A DNA stretch of 64,000 nucleotides from Bacillota bacterium (GCA_040753155.1 JBFMEU010000003.1:5045-69044); one strand, 5' to 3'. Shown: positions 1 through 9,633, counted from the first letter of the stretch. A program made the numbers and translations. The notes: generated from the sequence alone by a model not told the origin.

Positions 1-688
1 TGCGTTCGGGCCCGGCCTCGATCAGATGCGTTCCGCCAATAACTGCACGCACCCTGGGTATTCCGGTAAGGTCCACAGCATAATTGAGGATATTAACCAG
101 CCCGGAGTGGGCACAACCGGTTAGAATCACCAGCCCGTCCTGAACAGTTATTACTACGAATTGATCGTCCAGTAAAGGATCCACCCTGTAGCGGGCGCCC
201 TCCCTTACTAAATAGTAAGGGTTAACTATTTCAAAGGGTGTACGTCTGGGCACCTCGCCGCTAATAATGATTCCGGAGGCAACCTCCACCGGCTGCCGGG
301 ACATTTTAAACCGGGCCCCCCATTCCTCCAGGTTGCCCCAGGAGTGGGGAATGCCGATATATTTATGGCGGCCGCTGGAATCATATCTGTATTTGTCCTG
401 AAATATATAGGGGTGGGCAAAAACATCAACCGGGCCGTGCTTCAGAAGAAAGCTTTTTAACCCGCCGGTATGATCATAATGCCCGTGACTTATAGCTATA
501 AAGTCAAGCCCCTTCAGACTCAGCCCCAGTCGCCTGGCATTTAGCACCGGGGGGTAGCCCTGGCTGCAGTCAAAAATAAAGCGGTTGCCTCCGGCCTGAA
601 CCAGCAGGGACAAACCGTGCTCAGCAATCAGGCCGCGGACATGACAGCTGTCATCGGCAAGATTTGTAACTGTTACCTTATTGTACAT
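1..688 (-). CDS. MBL-fold metallo-hydrolase (C-terminus runs off the left edge)
   Basis: Absent from the ORF track because there is no stop in the window. Manual translation from the ATG (cat at 686-688) gives MYNKVTVTNLADDSCHVRGLIAEHGLSLLVQAGGNRFIFDC...DFIAISHGHYDHTGGL, which carries the HxHxDH-type metallo-beta-lactamase motif. Confidence 0.8.
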   Translation of the reverse strand, partial: MYNKVTVTNLADDSCHVRGLIAEHGLSLLVQAGGNRFIFDCSQGYPPVLNARRLGLSLKGLDFIAISHGHYDHTGGLKSFLLKHGPVDVFAHPYIFQDKYRYDSSGRHKYIGIPHSWGNLEEWGARFKMSRQPVEVASGIIISGEVPRRTPFEIVNPYYLVREGARYRVDPLLDDQFVVITVQDGLVILTGCAHSGLVNILNYAVDLTGIPRVRAVIGGTHLIEAGPER

Positions 689-736
689 ACCTGCCCCACC
701 TCTACACTATCCTGAAAATACATTTGTTTGGGGATC

Positions 737-869
737 TTATCACTGAACTAATCCGCCCTAAGACCCCCGCCTCTGTAGGCGGCGGGTTTCAAAGGGCGGT
801 TAAGTCCAGTATGGACTCGGCTAACATTCAGAGGGGGTTGAATCCCCCTCTGAATGAAGTCTCGTTCAA
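737..869 (-). repeat. Family A structured repeat, copy A1 (inverted relative to the other copies)
   Basis: Near-identical reverse complement of 1897-2029. It contains the 13-bp hairpin CATTCAGAGGGGG/CCCCCTCTGAATG. Its terminal TTGAAC supplies the TGA stop of the 866-1774 gene. Confidence 0.9.
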
Positions 870-1774
870 TGACGGGCAGGCGGGGTCAGATAACGTATCC
901 CGTCAGCAAGGCAAACCGGCTTAAAACCAAAATACTTTTCAACGGCATCAACATCCCCTATATTGTCCATATCCAGTTCCTTTAGTTCGACCATGGTTAC
1001 AGGCGGGTCCTTTAGAATACCAGCCATAAAAGGCGTCACCATCCGCATTACGGCCATGGGTATGGGCGCCTTGAACCTTTTCATCCCCCGCACCTGAAGG
1101 AGCAATTCCAGCATCTGACGGTAGCTTAGATGTTCCGGCCCCCCCAGGTCATAGATTCCGCCAATCAGATCAGGATTAGGCCAGGCTTTTAGAATACACT
1201 TTACAACATCCTCTACGGCAATGGGCTGGAATAAGGTGCGGCCACTACCAGGAACCGGCGCCAGGGGTGGTGGAAAAAAGCGCAAAGACTGCAGCAAACG
1301 ATCGAAAAAGCCAAAGCCTTCCCCATAGATTAAAGACGGCCGCAATATCGTCCACTCCAGACCGCTTTGCCGAACAGACTCCTCCCCCAGCCACTTGGAA
1401 TAAATATACCGGTACTCCGGACTGTTCCTTGCACCCATGGCGCTCAGGTGGATAAACCGGCGAACACCGGCCTGCCTCGCCTCAACAACAAGATTAATAG
1501 TTCCCTCAACATTAACCTTTTCAAAAGTATTACCGTCATGCTCGCGAATAATGGCCACCAAATGAATAATGCCCTCAACCCCTGCACAGGCCTCCCGCAG
1601 GCTTTTAGGGTCATTAATATCACCCTTGACCAACTCTACACCCTGTGGCAGGCCGGTCCTGGCACTGCCTGGATCCCGAACCATACAGCGCACAGGATAA
1701 TTTCCGGGCACCAGAGCCTTTATCAAATGTCTGCCTACAAAACCTGTCGCTCCAGTAACTAGTATCACCGACAT
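866..1774 (-). CDS. NAD(P)-binding SDR-family epimerase/dehydratase-like protein (NmrA/NDUFA9-like)
   Basis: 302-aa ORF. N-terminal Rossmann motif ILVTGATGFVGRHL. RBS GAAGGAGGG lies upstream of the ATG at 1774. Confidence 0.85.
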   Translation of the reverse strand: MSVILVTGATGFVGRHLIKALVPGNYPVRCMVRDPGSARTGLPQGVELVKGDINDPKSLREACAGVEGIIHLVAIIREHDGNTFEKVNVEGTINLVVEARQAGVRRFIHLSAMGARNSPEYRYIYSKWLGEESVRQSGLEWTILRPSLIYGEGFGFFDRLLQSLRFFPPPLAPVPGSGRTLFQPIAVEDVVKCILKAWPNPDLIGGIYDLGGPEHLSYRQMLELLLQVRGMKRFKAPIPMAVMRMVTPFMAGILKDPPVTMVELKELDMDNIGDVDAVEKYFGFKPVCLADGIRYLTPPARH

Positions 1775-1896
1775 TACCCTCCTTCACCCAAAAGGAAACA
1801 TCCTGTCCTGAAAATACATTTGCTCAGGGACGGATGCTTACCGGGTATTTTCATCCTCTGCTGGCACCGCTTCAGCGACATAGACGTCTAATTACC

Positions 1897-2029
1897 TTGA
1901 ACGAGACTTCATTCAGAGGGGGATTCAACCCCCTCTGAATGTTAGCCGAGTCCATACTGGACTTAACCGCCCTTTGAAACCCGCCGCCTACAGAGGCGGG
2001 GGTCTTAGGGCGGATTAGTTCAGTGATAA
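1897..2029 (+). repeat. Family A structured repeat, copy A2 (reference copy)
   Basis: 133 nt. Hairpin 1910-1941 has a 13-bp stem. Hairpin 1949-1963 pairs AGTCCA/TGGACT. Hairpin 1980-2000 pairs CCCGCC/GGCGGG and is enclosed by AACCGCCCT/AGGGCGG(A)TT (1965-2016). The closing pair is TGAAC/GTTCA (1898-1902 / 2018-2022). Confidence 0.9.
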
Positions 2030-2393
2030 AGCGTATCCTGACAGAATAATCTAATAAACATTGTGACTATAAATTAAATTTTCGACACTCTGGTATGATC
2101 TCCTTTTGAACAATCTTTTAAAACATACCACCGGAATCAAGATCCCAGATCTTTTTGTGGAAACAACCGGTAATTTAAAGGATTTTCTTAATTCTTCACG
2201 AAATTTAAGCTAGAAACAAAGCGCCGGAAGCCCGAACCCTGTGAACATACAGCCCGGCAAAAGGCTTTACAGCAATGACCAGGACGTCAGCCCATGGGTC
2301 ATTTTCTTTTAAGACATTTTTAAAAGCTAAATTGGGAATTATTTATTTAACTGCCCTTAACTGACAGTAAATTTGACTGCCTGGAAGGAATGA

Positions 2394-3164
2394 TTGATGT
2401 TGTTGGATCCTATTGCTTTTGAAATTGGCCCGGTTACCATCAGCTGGTACGGTATTATCTTGTCCTCTGCATTTTTAGCAGGTATACTGCTGGCCTATTT
2501 CCGGGCGGGACAAAACGGAGTTAACCCGGACCATATCATTACCATGGTTACCCTGATTATTCCCGCTGCCATAATTGGGGCCCGGGTTTATTATGTGGCC
2601 TTTGAGTGGGAGAACTATGCCGCCAACCCCCTTGACGCGCTGGCCATCTGGCATGGCGGACTGGCCATCCACGGCGGCCTTATCGGCGGCGTACTGGCAG
2701 GTCTCTGGTATGTGCGCAGGAATAACCTGCACTTATGGCTGGTGGCTGATATCGTTGCCCCCAGCCTGATCCTGGGCCAGGCCATCGGGCGCTGGGGCAA
2801 CTTCATTAACCAGGAGGCCCATGGAGGTTCTGTCAGCTATGAATTCATCAGCCACTTCCCCCGCTTCATCCAGGAACAGATGTATATAGCCGGCCAGTAC
2901 GTACATCCCACTTTTTTGTATGAGTCAGCCTGGAACCTGGCAGTTTTTGCAGTGCTCATCTGGCGCTGGCCCCGCAAACGTTTTCACGGTGAAATCGCCA
3001 TGTTCTACCTGATCCTGTATTCCCTGGGCCGCTTTTTTATTGAAGGCTTGCGCACCGATAGCTTGATGGCGGGAGAGTTGCGGGTAGCCCAGCTGGTCAG
3101 CCTGTTGATGATTGCCGCCGGGCTGACAGGCCTTTATTTTCTGGGCCGGCGTAAATTCATTTAA
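2394..3164 (+). CDS. lgt: prolipoprotein diacylglyceryl transferase
   Basis: 256-aa polytopic membrane ORF with Lgt signatures ISWYGIIL and GRWGNFINQEAHG. Confidence 0.95.
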   Translation: MMLLDPIAFEIGPVTISWYGIILSSAFLAGILLAYFRAGQNGVNPDHIITMVTLIIPAAIIGARVYYVAFEWENYAANPLDALAIWHGGLAIHGGLIGGVLAGLWYVRRNNLHLWLVADIVAPSLILGQAIGRWGNFINQEAHGGSVSYEFISHFPRFIQEQMYIAGQYVHPTFLYESAWNLAVFAVLIWRWPRKRFHGEIAMFYLILYSLGRFFIEGLRTDSLMAGELRVAQLVSLLMIAAGLTGLYFLGRRKFI

Positions 3165-3211
3165 ATCTGCCGGCAGTTATAACTGGCCCAACTTGCTTCA
3201 GTCCCCATTTT

Positions 3212-5545
3212 ATGGTAAGCTCAAAATATGTAGATTTGCGGATTTTTATGTCGGGAGGAAGAATCGTGTCCAAAACCCCCGGGGGATCTTTAAAATATGA
3301 AGTGCTTGGCTTAGCCATCATGACCCTGGCCGTACTGGGGATGGCCAGCTTATTGTTTGCCTCCGTGGGGGCCTTCGGCAACTTAATTAACCGGTTATTA
3401 CTGGCAGTGGCCGGAGATGGCCGCTTTCTACTGCCACCACTTCTATTTTTATTGGGTCTCAGGCTCTTACGACAGCGGAGCGCTACCAGCCTGCCTGTTC
3501 GCACCTACGGTCTGCTGGTCATATTTTTTAACTTGCTGATCTTCTTACACATGGGCATAACCCTTGAAATGGCCTGGGAAACAGGATTTCAGGGCCAGGG
3601 TGGCGGCATACTGGGGGCCGCCGGCAGCCTGATCTTGCGCCATGCCTTTGGCCAAGTGGGCACTTATATAATTCTAGCCTCCCTGACCATGTTAAGCTTA
3701 CTGCTCCTCACCGGTGTATCCATGGAAGAACTCGCCAGAGGCGCCTGGAGGCGCACTAAAATGACTGCTGCCACTACAGCCAGGAGTCTAACCGATTTTC
3801 TGTTTGAGGAAGTTGAGGACGAGCCTGAAGACAAGGACAAAAAATCCCCGGCTAAAAAAAAGCCCCGGGAGCAGGATACGGCTGGTGGCCGGGACCACCC
3901 GCCTGTTAATACCACCGACGGTGCAAACAAAGCCGACTGCGTCACCAGTACCGGCCAGGAATTGGAGTCCAAATCCCCCGCCGGAGAAATGGTGAGCCCG
4001 GCCATACCCTTTGGTGGCACATCCTTTGTCCTGCCCCCGACGAGCCTGCTGGCCTCCCCTAAACCCAAGGGTTCAGGGCTCCATTCGGAACAGGATATTC
4101 AGGACCGGATCCATGTACTGGAACAAACACTGGAAAATTTCGGTATCAAGGTTAAGGTGCTGGAAGTTTCCATAGGCCCGGCCATAACCAGGTATGAAAT
4201 CCAACCCCCCCCGGGGATCAAGGTCAGCCGGATTGTAGGTCTGGCTGATGATATTGCTCTGGGCATGGCAACTTCAGGTGTTCGCATTGAGGCCCCAATA
4301 CCCGGCAAGGCAGCGGTGGGCATAGAAGTGCCAAACCAATCTATTAACACCGTTCCCTTAAGAGAATTACTTGAGTCGGATGTCTTTATTAATCACCCGT
4401 CCAGACTGACCGTAGCTCTGGGTAAGGACATTGCCGGGACGCCGGTACTGGCTGACCTGGCCCGTATGCCCCACTTACTAGTGGCGGGCGCCACTGGCTC
4501 GGGGAAAAGCGTGTGTGTAAACACAATAATTTGCAGCATTCTATTTAAAGCCACCCCGGATGAAGTAAAATTCCTGATGATCGACCCCAAAATGGTCGAG
4601 CTTACCACTTATAACGGCATTCCCCACCTGGTAAGCCCGGTGGTTACCGATCCTAGAAAGGCTGCCGGGACCCTGCGCTGGGCGGTGCGGGAAATGGAGT
4701 CCCGTTACGAGCTTTTTGCCGCCGCAGGGGTGCGGGACATCACCAGGTATAATAACCTGTGCCTGGAGGAGACTGCCAGGCGGCAAAAGAGTATGCTCCC
4801 CAGAAATTCGGACGCCGCTCAAAGCCTGGCCAGGGCCGAACTTGCAGAGCCTGACCAGGTCAGACCGCTGCCCCTGATTGCTGTAATCATTGACGAACTG
4901 GCCGACTTGATGATGGTTGCGCCGGCGGATGTGGAAGATGCCATTTGCCGCCTGGCGCAAATGGCCAGGGCAGCAGGAATCCACCTGCTGGTAGCTACTC
5001 AGCGCCCGTCTGTGGATGTAATAACCGGGCTCATTAAAGCCAATATACCTTCCCGGATATCCTTTGCCGTGTCAAGCCAAACCGACTCCAGAACAATCAT
5101 TGACATGGGCGGGGCCGAGAAACTTTTAGGCAAAGGGGACATGTTGTTCTTTCCTGTGGGAGCGCCCAAACCACAGCGGGTGCAAGGGGCCTTTCTGTCA
5201 GATAAGGAAGTGGAAACACTGGTGGACTTCCTGAAGGATCAGGCCAGACCAACCTATAATGAAGAGGTGCTTAAGGACACACCACTGGAGGAACAGTGGA
5301 GTGACCAGGAAAACGACGACCTTCTCCCCCAGGCCGCCCTGCTGTTTATTGAAAGTGGCGCCGCCTCCATTTCCATGCTCCAAAGGCGTCTGCACATTGG
5401 CTACTCAAGGGCTGCCAGGCTGGTGGACCTGATGGAAAGAAGGGGCATTGTGGGTGGTTTTGAGGGCAGTAAGCCCCGGGCCGTGCTAATGACCATGGAA
5501 CAATATCAGCAGGCTTTCACCGAGGCTGATAACCGGGCCAGTTAG
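3212..5545 (+). CDS. ftsK: DNA translocase FtsK/SpoIIIE
   Basis: N-terminal TM segments, a proline/charge-rich linker, Walker A GATGSGKS, and a C-terminal gamma (winged-helix) domain MLQRRLHIGYSRAARLVD. The more likely start is GTG at 3266, preceded by GGGAGGA. Confidence 0.95.
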   Translation: MVSSKYVDLRIFMSGGRIVSKTPGGSLKYEVLGLAIMTLAVLGMASLLFASVGAFGNLINRLLLAVAGDGRFLLPPLLFLLGLRLLRQRSATSLPVRTYGLLVIFFNLLIFLHMGITLEMAWETGFQGQGGGILGAAGSLILRHAFGQVGTYIILASLTMLSLLLLTGVSMEELARGAWRRTKMTAATTARSLTDFLFEEVEDEPEDKDKKSPAKKKPREQDTAGGRDHPPVNTTDGANKADCVTSTGQELESKSPAGEMVSPAIPFGGTSFVLPPTSLLASPKPKGSGLHSEQDIQDRIHVLEQTLENFGIKVKVLEVSIGPAITRYEIQPPPGIKVSRIVGLADDIALGMATSGVRIEAPIPGKAAVGIEVPNQSINTVPLRELLESDVFINHPSRLTVALGKDIAGTPVLADLARMPHLLVAGATGSGKSVCVNTIICSILFKATPDEVKFLMIDPKMVELTTYNGIPHLVSPVVTDPRKAAGTLRWAVREMESRYELFAAAGVRDITRYNNLCLEETARRQKSMLPRNSDAAQSLARAELAEPDQVRPLPLIAVIIDELADLMMVAPADVEDAICRLAQMARAAGIHLLVATQRPSVDVITGLIKANIPSRISFAVSSQTDSRTIIDMGGAEKLLGKGDMLFFPVGAPKPQRVQGAFLSDKEVETLVDFLKDQARPTYNEEVLKDTPLEEQWSDQENDDLLPQAALLFIESGAASISMLQRRLHIGYSRAARLVDLMERRGIVGGFEGSKPRAVLMTMEQYQQAFTEADNRAS

Positions 5546-5590
5546 GCATCAGGCGTCAGGTAAAAGAAAAACTCCCCTGCGAGGAGATTC

Positions 5591-5763
5591 TATCTTCGCA
5601 CAGCCTGTAAGACCCCGCCCTCTTAGGTCGGGGTCTTACAGGCTGCAAACTCGAAATAAGTGCGACTAAGGTTTAGCGGTCAGGGGACACACCTCCTTCG
5701 GAGGAATGTCCCCAACGTATGGGTTAAAACCCCACCTGAACCAAGTCTTCTTTATCTTCGCAC
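5591..5763 (+). repeat. Family B structured repeat, copy B1 (with a 37-nt hairpin insert and a restart of the 5' end)
   Basis: Shares its core with 12203-12332 and 15464-15692. It has an extra perfect hairpin AGCCTGTAAGACCCCG/CGGGGTCTTACAGGCT. After the terminal TTTAT the first 8 nt (CTTCGCAC) repeat. Confidence 0.85.
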
Positions 5764-5882
5764 GGGATAAGCGTATACGGGATCTGGCGGAGGAAAACTC
5801 CCGGGACCGGGAGGCGCCAAGTCTGCCGGCCCCGGATATGATCTGGTATGGTCTGGTATGGAGCCACACTGGCAGCAGGGAA

Positions 5883-6140
5883 TCAGATGTCTTCTTCACC
5901 CCGGTCTTTCTCCGACAGCCGGGAAAACATCGCGGCCAGACTTCTTTTTTCTTCCTCGTTGCCTTCTTCCCAGAGATCTTTAAGCAGTCTTTGCTCCCGA
6001 TCGGCAGGATCAAAATTATTGACAAAAAACCGGCCGAACCGGTAGGTCAGATCTTCTATCCGGCTTTCGGAAACACCCACTGACTCAGCGGCATCCACAG
6101 CCTTGCCGAATAATCTTTTCCAGTTGGTCCCCAATTCCAT
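5883..6140 (-). CDS. DUF3243 (YmfJ-like) small protein
   Basis: 85-aa ORF. The pattern NW..L.G....A...G.S...I.DL....G........P....R.LKDLW resembles B. subtilis YmfJ as recalled from memory. Confidence 0.55.
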   Translation of the reverse strand: MELGTNWKRLFGKAVDAAESVGVSESRIEDLTYRFGRFFVNNFDPADREQRLLKDLWEEGNEEEKRSLAAMFSRLSEKDRGEEDI

Positions 6141-6263
6141 GTTATCACCTGGTTTCTAAAACACACTTGCAATAAACCAGGAATTTTCACCTCTTTCTTT
6201 TTAGATGCTTCAGCGGCATGGACGTCCAATTTAGCTTGCCCCGACCGGAGAATTATATTCCTG

Positions 6264-7418
6264 TTAAACAACTCCCTTATCCCTGAAACTATTAATTTCG
6301 TCAGCCTGGTAGCCCAGCCATTCCAATATCTCCATGGTATGCTGTCCCAGCACCGGCGGCGGAGTGGCGCCAACAGGTACCACGTCCCCCTGCAGCGGGT
6401 TACGCACCTGCGTCAGCAGACCTTCCACCGGATGCATAATATCCAGGGCCAGTTTTCGCCCGGCGGCATAATCACCGGACAACACCTCATCCATTTCTTC
6501 CACAGGTGAAAGGCAGCAGTCCACCGCACCGGCAAATTCAGCCCACTGCTCTTTCGTTCTTGATTTAAAAATTTCCTTGACAGCTTCAAAAACAGGATCA
6601 CCTTCAACAGCCAACGCCATAAAGCCCGGTAATAAATCCTCCCGGCCAAGGCCCAGGCAAAACGCCTGCCAAAATTTATCCTCCAGGGCTCCCAGAGCAA
6701 CATATTTATTGTCTGCCGTAAGATAAATGTTATAGCGCACCAGGGCGCCGGACAGCATATTATCATTCCTGCGCCCCGTTGCCAGTTGGTATGCTATTGG
6801 CATCAAGGAAATTGATACTAGCCCGTCCGTCATAGCCGCATCAATGTAAGATCCTTTACCCTCCCGCTGCTGGCGCCACAGACCGGACAGAACGCCGATA
6901 ACCGCATACAGGGCACCTGTAAGGTCCGCCATCTGAATTCCGGGCATGACCGGGGCGCCGCCCCGCTGCCTGTTCACCGAAAGCACCCCGCTGGTGGCCA
7001 GGTAATTGATGTCGTGGCCGGCCCGCTGCCGGTAGTGCCCGGTTTGGCCGTAACCGGTAAGGGAACAGTAAACAATGCCGGAGTTTATTTCCTTTACCGC
7101 CTCATAACCAATGCCCAGGGCATCGACCACCCCGGGGCGAAAGCTCTCGATTATCACATCTGAAGAACCGGCCAGCCGGAAAAATATTTCCCTTCCCTCA
7201 GCGGACTTAAGATTAAGGGTGACACTCTTTTTATTACGGTTTGCAGCCAGAAAAAAGGCGCTATCCTTTTTAACCAGGGGTATAAATTCCCGCATGTAGT
7301 CCCCCCGGCCAGGCTCCTCTATTTTTATTACCTCCGCCCCCATATCACCCAGCAGCATGGTGGCGTACGGTCCCGGAAGCAATCTGGACAAGTCCAGTAC
7401 CCTAACCCCTTTTAACAT
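6264..7418 (-). CDS. family III CoA-transferase (CaiB/BaiF / alpha-methylacyl-CoA racemase-like)
   Basis: Begins MLKGVRVLDLSRLLPGPYATMLLGDMGAEVIKIE, the typical family N-terminus. The ORF-track start at 7487 adds 23 unlikely residues; ATG 7418 is preferred. Confidence 0.85.
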   Translation of the reverse strand: MLKGVRVLDLSRLLPGPYATMLLGDMGAEVIKIEEPGRGDYMREFIPLVKKDSAFFLAANRNKKSVTLNLKSAEGREIFFRLAGSSDVIIESFRPGVVDALGIGYEAVKEINSGIVYCSLTGYGQTGHYRQRAGHDINYLATSGVLSVNRQRGGAPVMPGIQMADLTGALYAVIGVLSGLWRQQREGKGSYIDAAMTDGLVSISLMPIAYQLATGRRNDNMLSGALVRYNIYLTADNKYVALGALEDKFWQAFCLGLGREDLLPGFMALAVEGDPVFEAVKEIFKSRTKEQWAEFAGAVDCCLSPVEEMDEVLSGDYAAGRKLALDIMHPVEGLLTQVRNPLQGDVVPVGATPPPVLGQHTMEILEWLGYQADEINSFRDKGVV

Positions 7419-7515
7419 TAAATCACCAACCCTTCCATAAATAATTGCCCAATAATTATGGATCATTTCGCTATATCTCTGACACAATCCTGTTTTAGCT
7501 TTTCCCAGTTAAAGA

Positions 7516-7548
7516 CCCCGGGCATATGTGTCGCTCATATGCCCGGGG
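7516..7548 (-). terminator. 13-bp GC-rich hairpin between the SCP2 gene and the CoA-transferase gene (terminator or attenuator)
   Basis: CCCCGGGCATATG-7nt-CATATGCCCGGGG. Only a weak T-tract (TCTTTAA) follows on the minus strand. Confidence 0.45.
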
Positions 7549-7570
7549 CCTAGTCAAATCAAATAATAAG

Positions 7571-7894
7571 TTAACCCAGAAGTGACTGCAGCTTCATGGC
7601 CAGCATTATATCTCCCTGCACCTTCAGCTTGCCGCTCATAAAAGCAGCCATGGCGTTTAGCTGACCGCCGGCCACTGCCTTAAAATCATCAGCATCCATA
7701 ATCACGGTAATGTTGGCATCATCAGCCCCGCCATCATTAACCACAGCTTTCCCGTTGGCAAATACCACATGAAACTGGGCCGCCTGATCACCGGTCAGAT
7801 CAAAAAGGTAGGTGGCGTTTAATCCACCAACCCCGGCTGGATCAGCATTAAATTTGTTTTGCAGCTCAATTAGAATATCCTTAAGCTCGGCCAT
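7571..7894 (-). CDS. SCP2 sterol-binding-domain protein
   Basis: 107 aa. C-terminal motif AFMSGKLKVQGDIMLAMKL is typical of SCP-2 domains. Confidence 0.8.
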   Translation of the reverse strand: MAELKDILIELQNKFNADPAGVGGLNATYLFDLTGDQAAQFHVVFANGKAVVNDGGADDANITVIMDADDFKAVAGGQLNAMAAFMSGKLKVQGDIMLAMKLQSLLG

Positions 7895-7974
7895 CGTTCT
7901 TTAATCCCCCTCTTTTTCAATTATGAATGAATTGTCATTCACTAAGTATTAAAAAAAATTGCACCACAGACAAT

Positions 7975-8353
7975 AAAAGCACGGCCGTAAGCGAGATTCT
8001 GTTTCGGTAGTCATCCATCTAGAAAATCCCGGCTTTCACCGGCATCTCCTCCCCTTTAACGGGGTGCCCCTACCCGCAGCAAAGCTGCCTATTTGGGTTG
8101 CACGCTGGCGGAGTTTACCCTTGCACTCACCGGTCACCCGGTGAAATGGTTTCTGTGGCACTTTATGGCTACTGGAAACTCCCAAGAGCCTCTTTGGCCG
8201 TCGTCAGGTCGCCCTGCCCCGGCTTGCGCCGGGCACCATTTTACACCGGCTTGTAAAGCCGCTGTGCGTGTCTCGACTTTCCTCTGCCTGCCGTTAACCA
8301 GCCCTGCAAAAAGCGCCTGATTCCAGCAAACAGCGACTACCCACCGTACTTTT
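7975..8353 (-). ncRNA. rnpB: RNase P RNA, bacterial type A
   Basis: The reverse complement contains the universal blocks AGAGGAAAGUC (P4 5' strand), GGUAAACUCCGCC, CAAAUAGG and CUAGAUGGAUGACUACCGAAACAGAAUCUCGCUUA. P2 pairs GGUAGUC/GACUACC. P1 pairs AAAAGUACGGU/GCCGUGCUUUU. The ends are approximate to about 5 nt. Confidence 0.9.
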
Positions 8354-8399
8354 AAACTGTGGCTGTAAGTACTTATTTTATACCATAAAAGCAATTCAG

Positions 8400-8921
8400 T
8401 CAATGGCAAATAGAGCCAGCGTCGGTGCCCAGGAGCAGCCGAATTTCACCCCGGGCCACCATTTTCTTCAGGTCGTCCCGGGAGGCGCTGGTGAATACGT
8501 TGTCGTGCATAATGCCCGAACACTGGCTGCCAGCATAGATGGCAATTTTCTCCTCAGGCAACTCCTGGGAAATGTTTTCAGCCAGCCAGAAAACGGAGTC
8601 GTAATATTGGGAGAAAACAATGCATCCCATTTCCAGCCAGCCCCTGTTCAGCAGGCAGTCCATGACTACATCATACTTGGGGTCCCGCTCATTAACCTTT
8701 AGGGAGGCTACAAACCTTTGCAGCACCAGCTGCTCTTCGGGGGTAAGGCTCTTCATTTCCGGGCTGATGGGCGCATCGTCCTCCTCATCATCTTCAACCA
8801 CTACACACTGCCAGTCCCGCAGCATTTTTTCAGCCGTCAGGCGTCCGGCATAGATGGTGCTGCCCACCCGGCGCAGCAGCAGTGTTTTCAGGAAACCGGC
8901 CGCCTTTACCCGGTTGCCCAA
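8400..8921 (-). pseudogene. C-terminal fragment of an SNF2/DEAD-like helicase (truncated within motif V)
   Basis: Contains FLKTLLLRRVGST, then EEKIAIYAGS, then GEIRLLLGTDAGS followed by a stop. The N-terminal ATPase lobe and the distal C-terminus are missing, and the upstream sequence continues in other frames. Confidence 0.6.
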
Positions 8922-9633
8922 AAGGCTGGGGTCAGACGGATGGCATCCTCTTCCCGCTCGCCTAACAATTCAACTTTCTTCAGGTAGGGCTCGTTTGGTG
9001 TTTTTTCAACAGGCCCAGCAGCTTGTAGGTGTCCCCGGTGGTTTGGGGATACTGTTCCCGCTTCCAGACAGCCGGCCGGGCACCGGGTCGAGTTCTTCGG
9101 GTTCGGGACCACCTCCCCCGCCACCGCGCCATCTAATCTCCAGCCGGTGCTCATCAGATATAAGACCGCCTTTTTCGGCCACCGCCAGCACCAGCAAGGT
9201 GCCCGGGGGCACCGCAAAGGGTCCGTCATAGCTGCCTCCGGACAGCTTGGGGCTTGAGCCGTCGGTGGTGTAGCGGATGGGTGCCGGGGGCGCAGAGCGA
9301 AGTTCTACCATCTTTTCACCGCCGGGGCCGTGGAAGGTCCTTGATTTAATGGTGATCCGGTTGCGCCAAACCACCGGGTCCCCGGCCTGGTGCTTGCCGG
9401 CGGAGTCAATGCACAGGAAGGATACCTCCAGTTCACTGGTTTTAAAGGCCCGGGCATCTGCCACCGGCAGCGATGCCGTCCGGGTGCAAACCTCCCTGGT
9501 AGGGCTCGTAAATCACCAGGGTTACCTTGTCGGCCACAACCCTTATTTCATCCAGGGCGGGCAGCACCTGCAGGTCCTGGTACTGAAAGGCTTCCAGTTT
9601 TTTCAAGACGCAGGTTTTACCGTAAATCATCAA
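8922..9633 (-). pseudogene. frameshifted remnant of a large gene carrying a chitobiase/Fn3-associated-type motif (IRYTTDGSSP)
   Basis: Three overlapping minus-strand ORF pieces (9442-9633, 9006-9464, 8906-9229) read contiguously only if two frameshifts are allowed. No intact start is present. Confidence 0.4.

Noticed and set aside
724-924. Short ORFs sharing the peptide ..ELIRPKTPASVGGGFQRAVKSSMDSANIQRGLNPPLNEVSFN.. (also 32928-33191 and 31115-33133-type pieces).
   Set aside because: They are simply the Family A repeat translated. The reading frames are not maintained beyond the repeat and have no start context.
8093-8409. ORFs 8093-8320 (+) and 8134-8409 (-).
   Set aside because: They lie entirely within RNase P RNA (rnpB).
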